From: a virus
Reading direction: 5' to 3' (one strand)
Length of the DNA stretch: 64,000 nucleotides
IMG/VR virus record: IMGVR_UViG_3300047200_000500
Span: 32,001 to 96,000 of that record
The notes below the pieces were generated by a model that saw only the letters and a list, made by a program, of their open reading frames with translations, was not told the origin of the DNA and made no database searches. Both the position numbers and the translations under genes were made by a program. Shown one piece after another: positions 1-9,790 of this stretch; position 1 is the stretch's first letter, and each line of letters begins with the position of its first letter.

Positions 1-379
1 TGCCAAGTTCAAAATGATGAGTCGGCATGACAGTCCATGGTAAAACTTTAATACCAGTTTTTTCTGGAAATGTTTTATCCCAATATTCATGTTTATAATA
101 TTGAATTTTAAAAATTATTTTTATGTCTTTTAAAATAGTGTTAAATAAACCATTATCAAGATAATGACAAGTTGGACTCCATGTGTCCCAAGTATCCAAT
201 CCTATTCTAACACCATCTAATTCTAATGTACACCAATTACCATTTCTAACTCCTGGAATGTTTTTGTATGGGAAATCAAATTCTGATATTTCAAACAAAT
301 TGCTCCTGGCCAACATTTTACATAAGGTCCAATTCCACCCATTATAATCTTTGTAGTTTTTCTGTAATAATAGTTTCAT
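1..379 (-). CDS. partial CDS (runs off window), hypothetical, possibly glycosyltransferase-related
   Basis: Read manually: ATG at 379 overlaps the TGA of the upstream gene (ATGA); open frame MKLLLQKNYKDYNGWNWTLCK...VLPWTVMPTHHFELG to the window edge; function guessed from context only. Confidence 0.6.
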   Translation of the reverse strand, partial: MKLLLQKNYKDYNGWNWTLCKMLARSNLFEISEFDFPYKNIPGVRNGNWCTLELDGVRIGLDTWDTWSPTCHYLDNGLFNTILKDIKIIFKIQYYKHEYWDKTFPEKTGIKVLPWTVMPTHHFELG

Positions 380-1968
380 ATCTTATACTCTTGCCTGATC
401 CCATTAACAATTTCTTTTAATGAATTTAAATCAGTGTTATTGTTAACTCCTAATTTTTTAAAATTATGCCAACACCAAGAACGTTCCGGTAATCTGGTGG
501 CCATGTACCATAAATATGTATCGTGGCTAGGAACTGGCAATTTTTCTCCAGCTAATGATGCCGCTTCTATAACAAACTCTGTTTTATGAAGGCAGAAGAA
601 TGATGCAAATCTTTTATGCCCATATCTGTGGCTATTTGTAGCTTCTGTTCGTTGTTTTTCATCCAGGTATATTTCGCCTTCAATATCATTAGCTTCAGCC
701 CAATCATCTAATTTGCATATCCAAGATCCAGGTTTACTATAACGCCATTTGTGGCCTGCCATATCATAATCATAAAAATGATCTAATATTACATCGTCTT
801 TATTACTAAAATAAGCATCTCCATCGATTTTTATCCAATATGGTGTTTCAACAAATGCTGCGGCACCAAACACAAATGATGACAACATTAATTCCCTGGC
901 AGATTCAGAATTTTCCATGCTCCATGGTATTAATTTCACTTCTCTGCCAGTTATTTCTTTTATAAATGCCAATTCGGTTTCTGGCGATTTGAAACCATTG
1001 TGGAACACTATCATTGGATATTTTGCTAATTGTGGTTTCAGTTGCCAAGTTGGCAAAACGGTTTTAAGCTTTTCTAGATATGGTGGATTTACTGCAGTTA
1101 CTATTGTTGTTGATTTATCAATAATCATTGGTTTTTTCCCTGATTTTAAATAGATTCTCAGTTGTTTGTCATTTCCGGTTATATCTTGAATGTTCATGAA
1201 TTTTTTATTTAATGCATCATTAAATTCATTAATCCATATGTCACCATTATAAATTAATGAATTATCCTTACCAATCCTACAGTGTTTTCTCCCATGATAA
1301 TGAATTATTCTAACATCTTTATCTTTAGGATTACTGTATTTACAGGAACAATTAAATTTTTGATCAACAACTATATGTTTATATTTATGTAATACAACTT
1401 GCATTCCTGTTTCATCTGGTATGAAATTTTCTCTCCCAGGAGTTACATTCTTACACCAATCTTTCATAAATTCACAATTCTTTTTGAATGCAAATATTCC
1501 ACAATTTATTGCTGGTGCTGGTTTTAAAGCAATTTCAATTAAATTTGGATATATATTTCTCCAACTTTCTGTCCTTTTTACTATAGCACGTGTTTCAGTG
1601 GTCCAATTGCAAAATTGTGGAATTGCAAAATCATGTTTTTCTGCTAATTCGAATAATTCTTCTATATTACCTTTAACAATTGTATCAGAGTCTAAAAATA
1701 TTGATATATCATATGGTGTATGGTCATTTATAGATGCTTTTTGAAGAAATACTGAATTTTTTCCTTCTATAATATTTGGGAAATTAACAAATTTTACATC
1801 AATATTTAAACCACAATTTTTGAAATTTGAACAAAATTTATTTGATTCGTCACCTGTTGATATTATAGTGATTGGACCATTGTAATGTTTCCTCAAACTC
1901 CAAATTGCTATTACTAGTCTTACTAAACATTTACTTCCAGAATTGAAATATATGACACCTTTGTTCAT
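376..1968 (-). CDS. two-domain GT-A glycosyltransferase (N-terminal GT8-like plus second DxD domain)
   Basis: N-half: SIFLDSDT, INCGIF, DETGMQ, IIHYHGRK (GT8-like); C-half restarts with TTIVTAVN...YWIKIDGD...HDTYL. Confidence 0.7.
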   Translation of the reverse strand: MNKGVIYFNSGSKCLVRLVIAIWSLRKHYNGPITIISTGDESNKFCSNFKNCGLNIDVKFVNFPNIIEGKNSVFLQKASINDHTPYDISIFLDSDTIVKGNIEELFELAEKHDFAIPQFCNWTTETRAIVKRTESWRNIYPNLIEIALKPAPAINCGIFAFKKNCEFMKDWCKNVTPGRENFIPDETGMQVVLHKYKHIVVDQKFNCSCKYSNPKDKDVRIIHYHGRKHCRIGKDNSLIYNGDIWINEFNDALNKKFMNIQDITGNDKQLRIYLKSGKKPMIIDKSTTIVTAVNPPYLEKLKTVLPTWQLKPQLAKYPMIVFHNGFKSPETELAFIKEITGREVKLIPWSMENSESARELMLSSFVFGAAAFVETPYWIKIDGDAYFSNKDDVILDHFYDYDMAGHKWRYSKPGSWICKLDDWAEANDIEGEIYLDEKQRTEATNSHRYGHKRFASFFCLHKTEFVIEAASLAGEKLPVPSHDTYLWYMATRLPERSWCWHNFKKLGVNNNTDLNSLKEIVNGIRQEYKI

Positions 1969-2025
1969 TTTAACCTCATAGCTATATACTTTATAGAAAA
2001 TTTAAAGTAGTTAATAAAGGGATAT

Positions 2026-2466
2026 ATGGACATACTTTGCAACCTCAGTCATAGATTAATTAATGAAAAATATCAAGATTGTCGCATGTTTTGGATTTAT
2101 CCAATGCCAGATGACAAAAATGTTAAATGGGAGATATTTTTAACTAGTAAACCAATTTCAGGAGAAGATTTAAGCAATTGGCTTGTCGTTTTACATAAGC
2201 TAAAATTAGGTTGGAAAAAAGATTTCTCACAATGTAGAGATGCATATCAATCATTGCCGAGGGGAGTAATAGTTGATAATTACATGTATCATGGAAATAA
2301 TTGTCCCAGGAATTGCCCTTTATCTGAAGTAGCTAAAGAATATGGCGGAGAGTTGGGTAAAAATTTAACGCCAGTGTATAAAAAAGAATATGGGATAAAC
2401 AAACAACATTTGGAAGCAATGGAAAGTGTAATAGGAAATGAATTAGGCTTAATTTATACAGAGTGA
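2026..2466 (+). CDS. hypothetical protein
   Basis: 146-aa ORF, divergent from the GT gene. Confidence 0.6.
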   Translation: MDILCNLSHRLINEKYQDCRMFWIYPMPDDKNVKWEIFLTSKPISGEDLSNWLVVLHKLKLGWKKDFSQCRDAYQSLPRGVIVDNYMYHGNNCPRNCPLSEVAKEYGGELGKNLTPVYKKEYGINKQHLEAMESVIGNELGLIYTE

Positions 2467-2502
2467 GATATTAACTTTCAAGAGAATCTTGCTAAAAATA
2501 TT

Positions 2503-2886
2503 ATGCACGATAAACTCTTGGAGATCACTATGACCGATACATCAATCAAAAGCGTACCCATTCGCTACCTTCACCATAAGCTTCCTTGTGGTAGAGTAAT
2601 CAGCATTGGTTTTACTGCACCAGCAGAGAAAAAAGGTAAAATTTTAATGGCATTTTCTTTTTGTTCAGAACATGATAATTTTTCACGTAAACTTGCTCGT
2701 GAACGTCTTAATAAGAGAATTGAGTTTAAGCACCCCAAGGTGATAGAGACTGAACAGAAAGATGGTCAGCATATTAATGATGTTGTAATAAAGACATGGA
2801 ATGATAATAAGGACAAGCTTACTCCAATAAAGTGGCTTCAAACGGCATATCCTAGTGGTGTAATGATTGATCGACCCACTCGATGA
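2503..2886 (+). CDS. hypothetical phage protein
   Basis: FSFCSEHDNFSRKLARE resembles a common phage small-protein motif; GGAG before the ATG at 2530 suggests that start. Confidence 0.55.
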   Translation: MHDKLLEITMTDTSIKSVPIRYLHHKLPCGRVISIGFTAPAEKKGKILMAFSFCSEHDNFSRKLARERLNKRIEFKHPKVIETEQKDGQHINDVVIKTWNDNKDKLTPIKWLQTAYPSGVMIDRPTR

Positions 2887-3520
2887 TAAGGTCTATTATC
2901 TGAATATTTATGTTAGGATGGTACTGCACATATGTGTAGTATGTGCAGTACTGTCTACTATTAAAATTTATAGTGATATGTTTCTAAATGAAACATCATT
3001 AGAAACATCATTGTCACCAGAAGTATTATTGCCGCTGGAAGCGCCACAAATTGTAATGTCTGTTTCCGCAACAAAATCTCAAGTTGTTTCACAGCCAGTT
3101 CTACCGGTTAAAGTTGTCATAGCGAAAAATGAAAAAATACCAGATTGGGTAATTCAAGGAATATTGCAGGTTGAAACTAGATCATCAATTGGTAAAAATG
3201 GCAATATTAAATATGTTGATAAGCGCAGAGGATTGGCTGGTGAAAGAGGACCATTTCAAATGAGAAAGTGTTCATTTGACACAATCAAAAAGCGTGGTGA
3301 TCAATTTTGGATGTTGGAAACTGATACAGAATTTGCACAGGAAAAAGCAGAAGAATATTTGATGTATTTATACGATCATCATGCTAATAAAAATTGGAAG
3401 ACTACTGTTGCAATGTGGAATACTGGACCAAATGCATATAATGGATTATATAATATTGGTAGAAAATATGCCAGCTTAGTTTACAAAAAAGGATTGAAAT
3501 TGGTCGATCAATTTTCGTAA
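2867..3520 (+). CDS. lytic transglycosylase (SLT/lysozyme-like) with N-terminal hydrophobic segment
   Basis: ILQVETRS (catalytic Glu), GPFQM, AMWNTGP motifs; hydrophobic [15 protein letters not shown]. Confidence 0.7.
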   Translation: MIDPLDDKVYYLNIYVRMVLHICVVCAVLSTIKIYSDMFLNETSLETSLSPEVLLPLEAPQIVMSVSATKSQVVSQPVLPVKVVIAKNEKIPDWVIQGILQVETRSSIGKNGNIKYVDKRRGLAGERGPFQMRKCSFDTIKKRGDQFWMLETDTEFAQEKAEEYLMYLYDHHANKNWKTTVAMWNTGPNAYNGLYNIGRKYASLVYKKGLKLVDQFS

Positions 3521-4446
3521 ATTACCTTTTTAAAATAATCGATTGTTTTAATTAATCCTTCGTTTAAATTAATTCTTGGCTCCCAACTAAGTAGTTTTTT
3601 AGCCATATTAATATCTGGACAGCGTTGTTTTGGATCGTCTTGTGGTAGTGGTTTAAATATTAATTTAGATTTTGATTTAGTAAGTTTTAATATTTTTTCA
3701 GCCAATTCAATTATCGTAAATTCGTTTGGATTTCCAATATTAATTGGACCATGATGTTTTGATTCCATCATTTTTACAAATCCATTGATCATATCATCAA
3801 CATATTGAAAAGATCTGGTTTGTTTTCCTTCGCCATAAATAGTAATTGGCCTATTACGCAAAGCTTGTATTATAAAATTGCTTATAACTCTGCCATCATC
3901 AACACTCATGTTTGGGCCATAAGTATTAAAAATTCTAACTATTTTAGTGTTAACTTTATTTTGAATATGATACGAATGGAATAAAGTTTCTGCGCAGCGT
4001 TTTCCTTCATCATAGCAACTTCTTGGACCTACTGTATTAACATTTCCCAAATATGATTCATTTTGTGGGTGAATTTCTGGGTCACCATAAATTTCAGAAG
4101 TAGAAGCAAGTAATATTTTAGCTTTTACACGTTTAGCTAATCCTAAAAGATTTATACTACCATGAACACTTGTTTTAACAGTTTGAACAGGGTCACGTTG
4201 ATAATGAATTGGAGAAGCAGGGCAAGCTAAATTATAAATTTCGTCAACTTCAATGAATAATGGAAATGTCACATCATGTCTTATTAATTCAAATTTTCGA
4301 TTACTAGTTAGATCAATAATATTATTTTTATTACCAGTATAAAAATTGTCTACACATATTACTTCATTACCTTCTCGTAATAATTTTCTGCAAAGATGGT
4401 TACCTAAAAAACCGGCTCCACCACAAACCAATATTCTTTTATTCAT
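3508..4446 (-). CDS. uxs: UDP-glucuronate decarboxylase (UDP-xylose synthase), extended SDR
   Basis: [84 protein letters not shown]. Confidence 0.92.
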   Translation of the reverse strand: MNKRILVCGGAGFLGNHLCRKLLREGNEVICVDNFYTGNKNNIIDLTSNRKFELIRHDVTFPLFIEVDEIYNLACPASPIHYQRDPVQTVKTSVHGSINLLGLAKRVKAKILLASTSEIYGDPEIHPQNESYLGNVNTVGPRSCYDEGKRCAETLFHSYHIQNKVNTKIVRIFNTYGPNMSVDDGRVISNFIIQALRNRPITIYGEGKQTRSFQYVDDMINGFVKMMESKHHGPINIGNPNEFTIIELAEKILKLTKSKSKLIFKPLPQDDPKQRCPDINMAKKLLSWEPRINLNEGLIKTIDYFKKVIYEN

Positions 4447-4465
4447 TACCTATATACAAATAAAA

Positions 4466-4753
4466 TTACTTTAAGACGTGTTTTTTCAATATATTAACTG
4501 TTTTTTCTAATAATTTATCGTAATTAATTTCATTTTGGCTAAATACTAATTTCTTTTTCTTGTGAACATCTTTAACAAAATTAAACAACTCATCTTTAGA
4601 TAATTTATGGGGATTTTGAAATGGGGATTTTGCGTTTTTTACAATATCATGCATTTCACCTAATAATGATTTTTCAAAATCGATCCATTCACTCCATAAA
4701 TTTTCTATTTCTTTTAAATCTTTTTGATCAGTTATTTCTAAATTTTCAGACAT
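4466..4753 (-). CDS. hypothetical protein
   Basis: 95-aa ORF tightly packed in the minus-strand run. Confidence 0.6.
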   Translation of the reverse strand: MSENLEITDQKDLKEIENLWSEWIDFEKSLLGEMHDIVKNAKSPFQNPHKLSKDELFNFVKDVHKKKKLVFSQNEINYDKLLEKTVNILKKHVLK

Positions 4754-4754
4754 G

Positions 4755-5597
4755 TTATGTATCCTTGCTGTGAGTGAGCATTGAAATTTCTGTCTTCTCC
4801 TGCATTAATTTAGATTTAAGAATTTTAGCGCTGCTACCTTTAAATTTTTGATACATTTCTTCTAAAAAAGTAGTGACTAAATCATACCCAACTTCCTTAC
4901 CTGATGTTATTAATTTACCTTCATAATCTAAAAATCTTATTATTTCTACTTGGGCCGCAGCACCGTTTATTCCAATTTGACTAAAATAAATATGATTACC
5001 TTCATCAACTATGCCATTTCTCGCTCTTGCCGCTGTTATTGCTTGATCAAATGCTTTTTTAATATGGTATTGTTCTTCTTCTTTTTCAAAATCTAATTCA
5101 TCAAATGAGGTGATTTTCAATTCCTTTAGTATTGATTTATATTGTAATATGTGATTGGTAACTTTTCTAACCGCGCCAGCTATATATGACTTTGAAGATT
5201 CAAGTTCTGCCATTTTTTGTTCTAAGTCAACACATAATAATTCTTTATTTAATTTATCTTTAGTTTTTTTAATATCTCTTTGTAAAATTTTTATTTCAAT
5301 TGCTTTCTTTTTATTTTTAAAATATGCTTCTTGAAGAGCTTCTTTACTTCTGGTAATTTCTGATAAAATTTGTCTTATGTTTCTAAGTGGTGTCGGATGA
5401 GAAACAGTTAGAATATTATCCATATATTGAGATTGGGTTTTATAAAATATTGAAGTAGCTCTTTGTATTTCTGGCAGATTGGTTTTTATGATTTCAACCA
5501 TTTTTCCATGGTTTGGAATATTATTTAAAACTTCATTTACGTTTATTTCAATTAATCCATATTCTTGTTCGTTGTTTTTCATATTCATTAAATACAT
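4755..5597 (-). CDS. hypothetical coiled-coil phage protein (partner of the propeller-repeat protein)
   Basis: LPEIQRAT...SQYMD...TVSHPTPLRNIRQILSEI; long helical segment; abuts the propeller gene with 0-bp spacing. Confidence 0.7.
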   Translation of the reverse strand: MYLMNMKNNEQEYGLIEINVNEVLNNIPNHGKMVEIIKTNLPEIQRATSIFYKTQSQYMDNILTVSHPTPLRNIRQILSEITRSKEALQEAYFKNKKKAIEIKILQRDIKKTKDKLNKELLCVDLEQKMAELESSKSYIAGAVRKVTNHILQYKSILKELKITSFDELDFEKEEEQYHIKKAFDQAITAARARNGIVDEGNHIYFSQIGINGAAAQVEIIRFLDYEGKLITSGKEVGYDLVTTFLEEMYQKFKGSSAKILKSKLMQEKTEISMLTHSKDT

Positions 5598-7751
5598 TTA
5601 TAAGCCACCATGGCAATTAGAGCAAGCTGATACTATATATCTAGCTACAGTTAAATCTCCAAAATCTGTTGCATTACCAGTTGATGCTATTGTGACATAA
5701 TCGATGACATTTTTTGCTGTACCTCCTTGATTTCCCCCGCCAAATACTCCTCTTAGTGAACTAGAACATGCAGAACCCCATCCTTTATCAGTTGTTAAAT
5801 CTCCAAATGTTGTAGCATTACCAGTTGAAGCTATTGTTATATAGTCTATAAAATTAGCACTTTCTATGCCACCACCAAATAATCCTCTTGTTGAATTTGA
5901 GCAACCAGCTGGAGTACGTCTTGAAATCGCTAAATTTCCAAAATCTGTAGCATCTCCAATTGAAGATATAGTAACATAATCAATTGTATCAGTTGGTCCA
6001 GTTCCACCACCAAATACCCCACGTGTTGTACTAGAAGAACTGCCTAATGACCCTCTGGCAACAGTTAAATCGCCAAAATCTGTAGCATTACCAGTTGAAG
6101 AAATTGTAATGTAATCTATGACATTACTAGCACTGCCACCCCCAAATAGCCCTCTTGTAGAACTAGAGCAACCTGCAAAACCATCTCTTGCAACTGTCAA
6201 ATCTCCAAAATCAGTTGAATTGCCACTAGTTAATATTGTTACATAGTCAATAATATTTATTGGTGCAAATGAATCATCTTGACCACCACCGAATACCCCT
6301 CTGGTTGAACTTGAACATGATGCTGTGCCATACCTTGAAACTCCTAAATCACCGAAGTCTGTAGCATTACCAGTAAAAGCTATTGAAATGTAGTCAATGA
6401 TATTAGTGATAACAGATAATGCAGTATTATAACCACCTCCAAATATTCCTCTTTGCGAATCGCCAGATGATGAAGATTCAGACGATAAACTTCGTGAAGA
6501 TGTACTAGAAGATGAATTAGATGAAGGTGAGGTAGGTGTTGAGGCAGTTGACTTAGAGGATGAACTTGATGAATTAGATGAAGGTGAAGTAGGTGTTGAA
6601 GCAGTTGACTTAGAAGATGAACTTGATGAATTAGAAGTGGGAGAGGTGGGAGAAGTAGGTGTTGAAGCAGTTGACTTAGAAGATGAACTTGATGAATTAG
6701 AAGTGGGAGAGGTGGGAGAAGTAGGTGTTGATAAAGAAGATGATTCAGATGAAGGCGAGGTAGGAGAAGTAGGCAATGAAAGAGTTGATAAAGAAGATGA
6801 GCTTGATGAATTAGAGGTGGGAGAAGTTGGATATGAAGGAGTTGATAAACTTAATGATTCAGATGAAGGTGAGGTAGGAGAAGTAGGCAATGAAAGAGTT
6901 GATAAAGAAGATGAACTTGATGAATCAGAAGTTGGATATGAAGGAGTTGATAAACTCAATGATTCAGATGAAGGCGAGGTAGGAGAAGTAGGCAATGAAA
7001 GAGTTGATAAAGAAGATGAGCTTGATGAATTAGAGGTGGGAGAAGTTGGATATGAAGGAGTTGATAAAGAACTTGATGAGTTAGATGAAGTAGTTGATAA
7101 ACTTGATGATTCAGATGAAGGCGAGGTAGGAGAAGTTGGAGATGAAGGAGTTAATAAAGAGAGTGATGATAGTGATGAAGATAATGAATTATTGTAAGAC
7201 TTACTGGAAATTGATAGAGAAGAATCAGATTCTGATTTACTTGATGGAAAAGATTTTGAGGAAGACGAATTTGAATCATTTGATGAAGATGAAGAATAAT
7301 TTATCTCTGTTGGACCGCTAGATCCAGTTGTTGTTTTTTCAAAATGGACGAATAATGATGTTATATCTCCATAATCTTTTTGATAAATTAATAATTTGTT
7401 GTTTTTATAAAATTTACTTTCTTGTATTGATTTAATGTAGTTTACTATATCATCTAAATTGTTAATATCAATTTTATTATTTATAAACAAATAAATGCCA
7501 TATCTTGGTTTTAATAATTTACTTGTTTTTATTAAAGAGTCTTTAACCAATCTATAAACAGTGTATTCATCTGAATTTATTGATAATAATGTTATCCCTG
7601 TTAACTTTATTGATAATTTTTTATATTCATTGTTACACACTAATTCATAGTGATTATTGTTATAACTATATAAATCATCTATTTTTATTACTAATAATAA
7701 CTTGTTTAATCCTATTTCAGACGGAGAGGTTGGTTGGCCGAGGTTTGTCAC
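5598..7751 (-). CDS. Ser/Thr/Pro-rich mucin-like stalk plus six-repeat Kelch-like beta-propeller (start codon uncertain)
   Basis: About 280 aa of S/T/P repeats, then 6 copies of IDY(I/V)TIxSTGNATDFGDL...SSTRG(V/L)FGGG, ending SNCHGGL. Confidence 0.8.
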   Translation of the reverse strand: MTNLGQPTSPSEIGLNKLLLVIKIDDLYSYNNNHYELVCNNEYKKLSIKLTGITLLSINSDEYTVYRLVKDSLIKTSKLLKPRYGIYLFINNKIDINNLDDIVNYIKSIQESKFYKNNKLLIYQKDYGDITSLFVHFEKTTTGSSGPTEINYSSSSSNDSNSSSSKSFPSSKSESDSSLSISSKSYNNSLSSSLSSLSLLTPSSPTSPTSPSSESSSLSTTSSNSSSSLSTPSYPTSPTSNSSSSSSLSTLSLPTSPTSPSSESLSLSTPSYPTSDSSSSSSLSTLSLPTSPTSPSSESLSLSTPSYPTSPTSNSSSSSSLSTLSLPTSPTSPSSESSSLSTPTSPTSPTSNSSSSSSKSTASTPTSPTSPTSNSSSSSSKSTASTPTSPSSNSSSSSSKSTASTPTSPSSNSSSSTSSRSLSSESSSSGDSQRGIFGGGYNTALSVITNIIDYISIAFTGNATDFGDLGVSRYGTASCSSSTRGVFGGGQDDSFAPINIIDYVTILTSGNSTDFGDLTVARDGFAGCSSSTRGLFGGGSASNVIDYITISSTGNATDFGDLTVARGSLGSSSSTTRGVFGGGTGPTDTIDYVTISSIGDATDFGNLAISRRTPAGCSNSTRGLFGGGIESANFIDYITIASTGNATTFGDLTTDKGWGSACSSSLRGVFGGGNQGGTAKNVIDYVTIASTGNATDFGDLTVARYIVSACSNCHGGL
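6466..7300. repeat. degenerate nested tandem repeats encoding the Ser/Thr/Pro stalk
   Basis: Recurring units such as gatgaacttgatgaattaga, gaagtaggtgttgaagcagttgacttagaa and gattcagatgaaggcgaggtaggagaagtaggcaatgaaagagttgataaagaagatga. Confidence 0.9.
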
Positions 7752-7941
7752 GTTGGCCCGATTGGTTAGTGCCTAAGAAATCTTGTTGATCTGGTTTTAC
7801 TGGAGTGTCTTGATTGCCTGATCTATTTATTTTTTCTGATTCATCTTTTTGGTTTGTTGCTATATCTTTATTAATAGTTGATTTAGCAGTTCTGTACTTG
7901 TCGATGGATTGCTGCAGTTTATTTATATTATCAAGCTTCAT
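7717..7941 (-). CDS. hypothetical protein
   Basis: 74-aa ORF overlapping its neighbours. Confidence 0.5.
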   Translation of the reverse strand: MKLDNINKLQQSIDKYRTAKSTINKDIATNQKDESEKINRSGNQDTPVKPDQQDFLGTNQSGQRDKPRPTNLSV

Positions 7942-8428
7942 TTTTAACTGGCCTAGTATTTTTTGGTTCTATGCCAGTAAATGGTTCATTCTCACCACTA
8001 AAAGTTTCTTTAGAAGTTGGAGTTGGTGGCTTATTATTTGGTGTTTCCATTGACTTTTTGATTTTATCAAGATTACTTGGGTATCCAACATCTTCTTCTT
8101 TATATGATTTAGCAATTTTTTCAACAGCAGAAGTTGCAATATCAATATCTTTTTGTGGAACTCCTTGGGCCTTTAATTCATTTGATAACATATGTCCGAA
8201 ATGATTATCATTAATCCACTTAATACTATGAATTTTTCTGAATGAACTAGTTAATGGAAGGAAATAATCAGAGTCCTTTGCTTCTAATGCGAATTTGTCG
8301 TTTATTTCTTCCCATTGAAATTGTACATTGTGATCAGCTTCAGATGGCTTTTTGTGTTCTTCAGTGATAGGGACTAATTCTAACATGTTTTTGAATGTCT
8401 CAAGTAATAATTTTTCATTTTGGTTCAT
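7931..8428 (-). CDS. hypothetical protein
   Basis: 165-aa ORF; N-terminus MNQNEKLLLE. Confidence 0.6.
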   Translation of the reverse strand: MNQNEKLLLETFKNMLELVPITEEHKKPSEADHNVQFQWEEINDKFALEAKDSDYFLPLTSSFRKIHSIKWINDNHFGHMLSNELKAQGVPQKDIDIATSAVEKIAKSYKEEDVGYPSNLDKIKKSMETPNNKPPTPTSKETFSGENEPFTGIEPKNTRPVKNEA

Positions 8429-8467
8429 GATTTAGCCCTGTGTAAATAGATTTGATTAGGTAAAAAT

Positions 8468-8731
8468 ATGCAAAGAACTACTTTTGAAAGATTTGACATA
8501 GTATCAATTATTACTACTAAAAATGTTAAGTGGATGTGCGATTTGCCTGGTAAGTACCCAGATCCTAAAGGACCTTGGACAATAGTATGTACATTTCCTA
8601 GATCTGGTGAAATATTAATACAAAAGAACACTGCTTTAGCTAGAATTCCTGCAGCTGACACAATAAAAGTTGCAAATTATGAATTAGAGAATGTATTTAA
8701 TAAAATCGACGAATTACCTAAAGGAATATGA
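8468..8731 (+). CDS. hypothetical protein
   Basis: 87-aa ORF, ATGA-coupled to recA. Confidence 0.6.
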   Translation: MQRTTFERFDIVSIITTKNVKWMCDLPGKYPDPKGPWTIVCTFPRSGEILIQKNTALARIPAADTIKVANYELENVFNKIDELPKGI

Positions 8732-9759
8732 CCATGGCTAAGGACAAAGAAAAAGTTAAAACGAAGGAAGAAATAGAGGATCTTGATTCAGTTCTTAAAG
8801 AAATTAATGGAAAAGATGGCGGATTAATTAAACTTGGTGGTGAGACAGATAAGGTAGAATCACTTACAACTGGGTCAATATCGTTAGATCGAGCTATTGG
8901 CATTGGTGGTTTTCCAAGAGGTAGAATTATTGAAATTTATGGTCCAGAAGCTTCAGGAAAGACCACAATTGCTCTTGGTGCCATAGCAGAAGCCCAAAGG
9001 GCTGGTCATAAAGTAGCCTTTCTTGATATGGAACATGCTCTTGACCCCAAAATGGCTAGGGGTATTGGTGTTGATTGGGATAAACTTCTTTTTTCTCAGC
9101 CTAATTATGGCGAGCAATGCCTTGATATAGCTTGTAAATTAGTTGCGACTGGCAAATTAGCAATCGTGGTTATTGACAGTGTGGCTGCTCTTATTCCTAA
9201 GGTTGAATTAGATGGTGAAATGGATGATGTTCAAATGGGTGCAATGGCCAAGATGATGGCTAAAGGTCTTCGTAAGCTTGTTCCAGTATGCCAAGAGACT
9301 GGTACAATGGTAATATTTATTAATCAGCTTCGTGAGAAATTGGGAGTGATGTTTGGAAACCCAGAAACTACTCCTGGGGGTAAAGCTCTTAGATTTGCCG
9401 CTTCAGTTAGATTAGATGTTAGAAGAAAAGAACAAATCAAAGATGGTGAAAGAGTTCTTGGAAATCATCTTAAAGTTAAGGTGGTCAAGAATAAGGTAGC
9501 TGAACCGCACCATGTGGCTGAAGTTGATCTTTATTTTGGTAAGGGTATTGATAATTTGAAAGATGTTATTGAATCTGCCATTGAATTAAATATCATTATT
9601 AAAAAGGGTTCTAGTTATTTTGAATATGGTGACATTAAAGCTGCTGGTAAGGATAAATTAATCTCTGCTCTCAATGCTGAACCAGCCAAACGTAAAGAAC
9701 TTGAAGATGGTGTTCGTGCCAGATTTGGAGAACTTAAGGTAGTAATTGAGTCTGATTGA
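8728..9759 (+). CDS. recA: recombinase RecA (bacterial type)
   Basis: TGSISLD..IGIGGFPRGRIIEIYGPEASGKTT, EHALDP, VIDSVAALIPK, IFINQLREK.GVMFGNPETTPGGKALRF, KVVKNKV. Confidence 0.97.
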   Translation: MTMAKDKEKVKTKEEIEDLDSVLKEINGKDGGLIKLGGETDKVESLTTGSISLDRAIGIGGFPRGRIIEIYGPEASGKTTIALGAIAEAQRAGHKVAFLDMEHALDPKMARGIGVDWDKLLFSQPNYGEQCLDIACKLVATGKLAIVVIDSVAALIPKVELDGEMDDVQMGAMAKMMAKGLRKLVPVCQETGTMVIFINQLREKLGVMFGNPETTPGGKALRFAASVRLDVRRKEQIKDGERVLGNHLKVKVVKNKVAEPHHVAEVDLYFGKGIDNLKDVIESAIELNIIIKKGSSYFEYGDIKAAGKDKLISALNAEPAKRKELEDGVRARFGELKVVIESD

Positions 9760-9790
9760 TTGGATAGATCGATAGTTCAAATCTAAGTAA

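Noticed and set aside
6637-7197. 186-aa acidic + strand ORF (GEVGEV repeats)
   Set aside because: Antisense shadow of the Ser/Thr/Pro repeat; the minus frame is continuous with the propeller domain
6466-7300. Possible CRISPR array
   Set aside because: Repeats are degenerate, nested and in-frame coding, with no unique spacers; no cas genes
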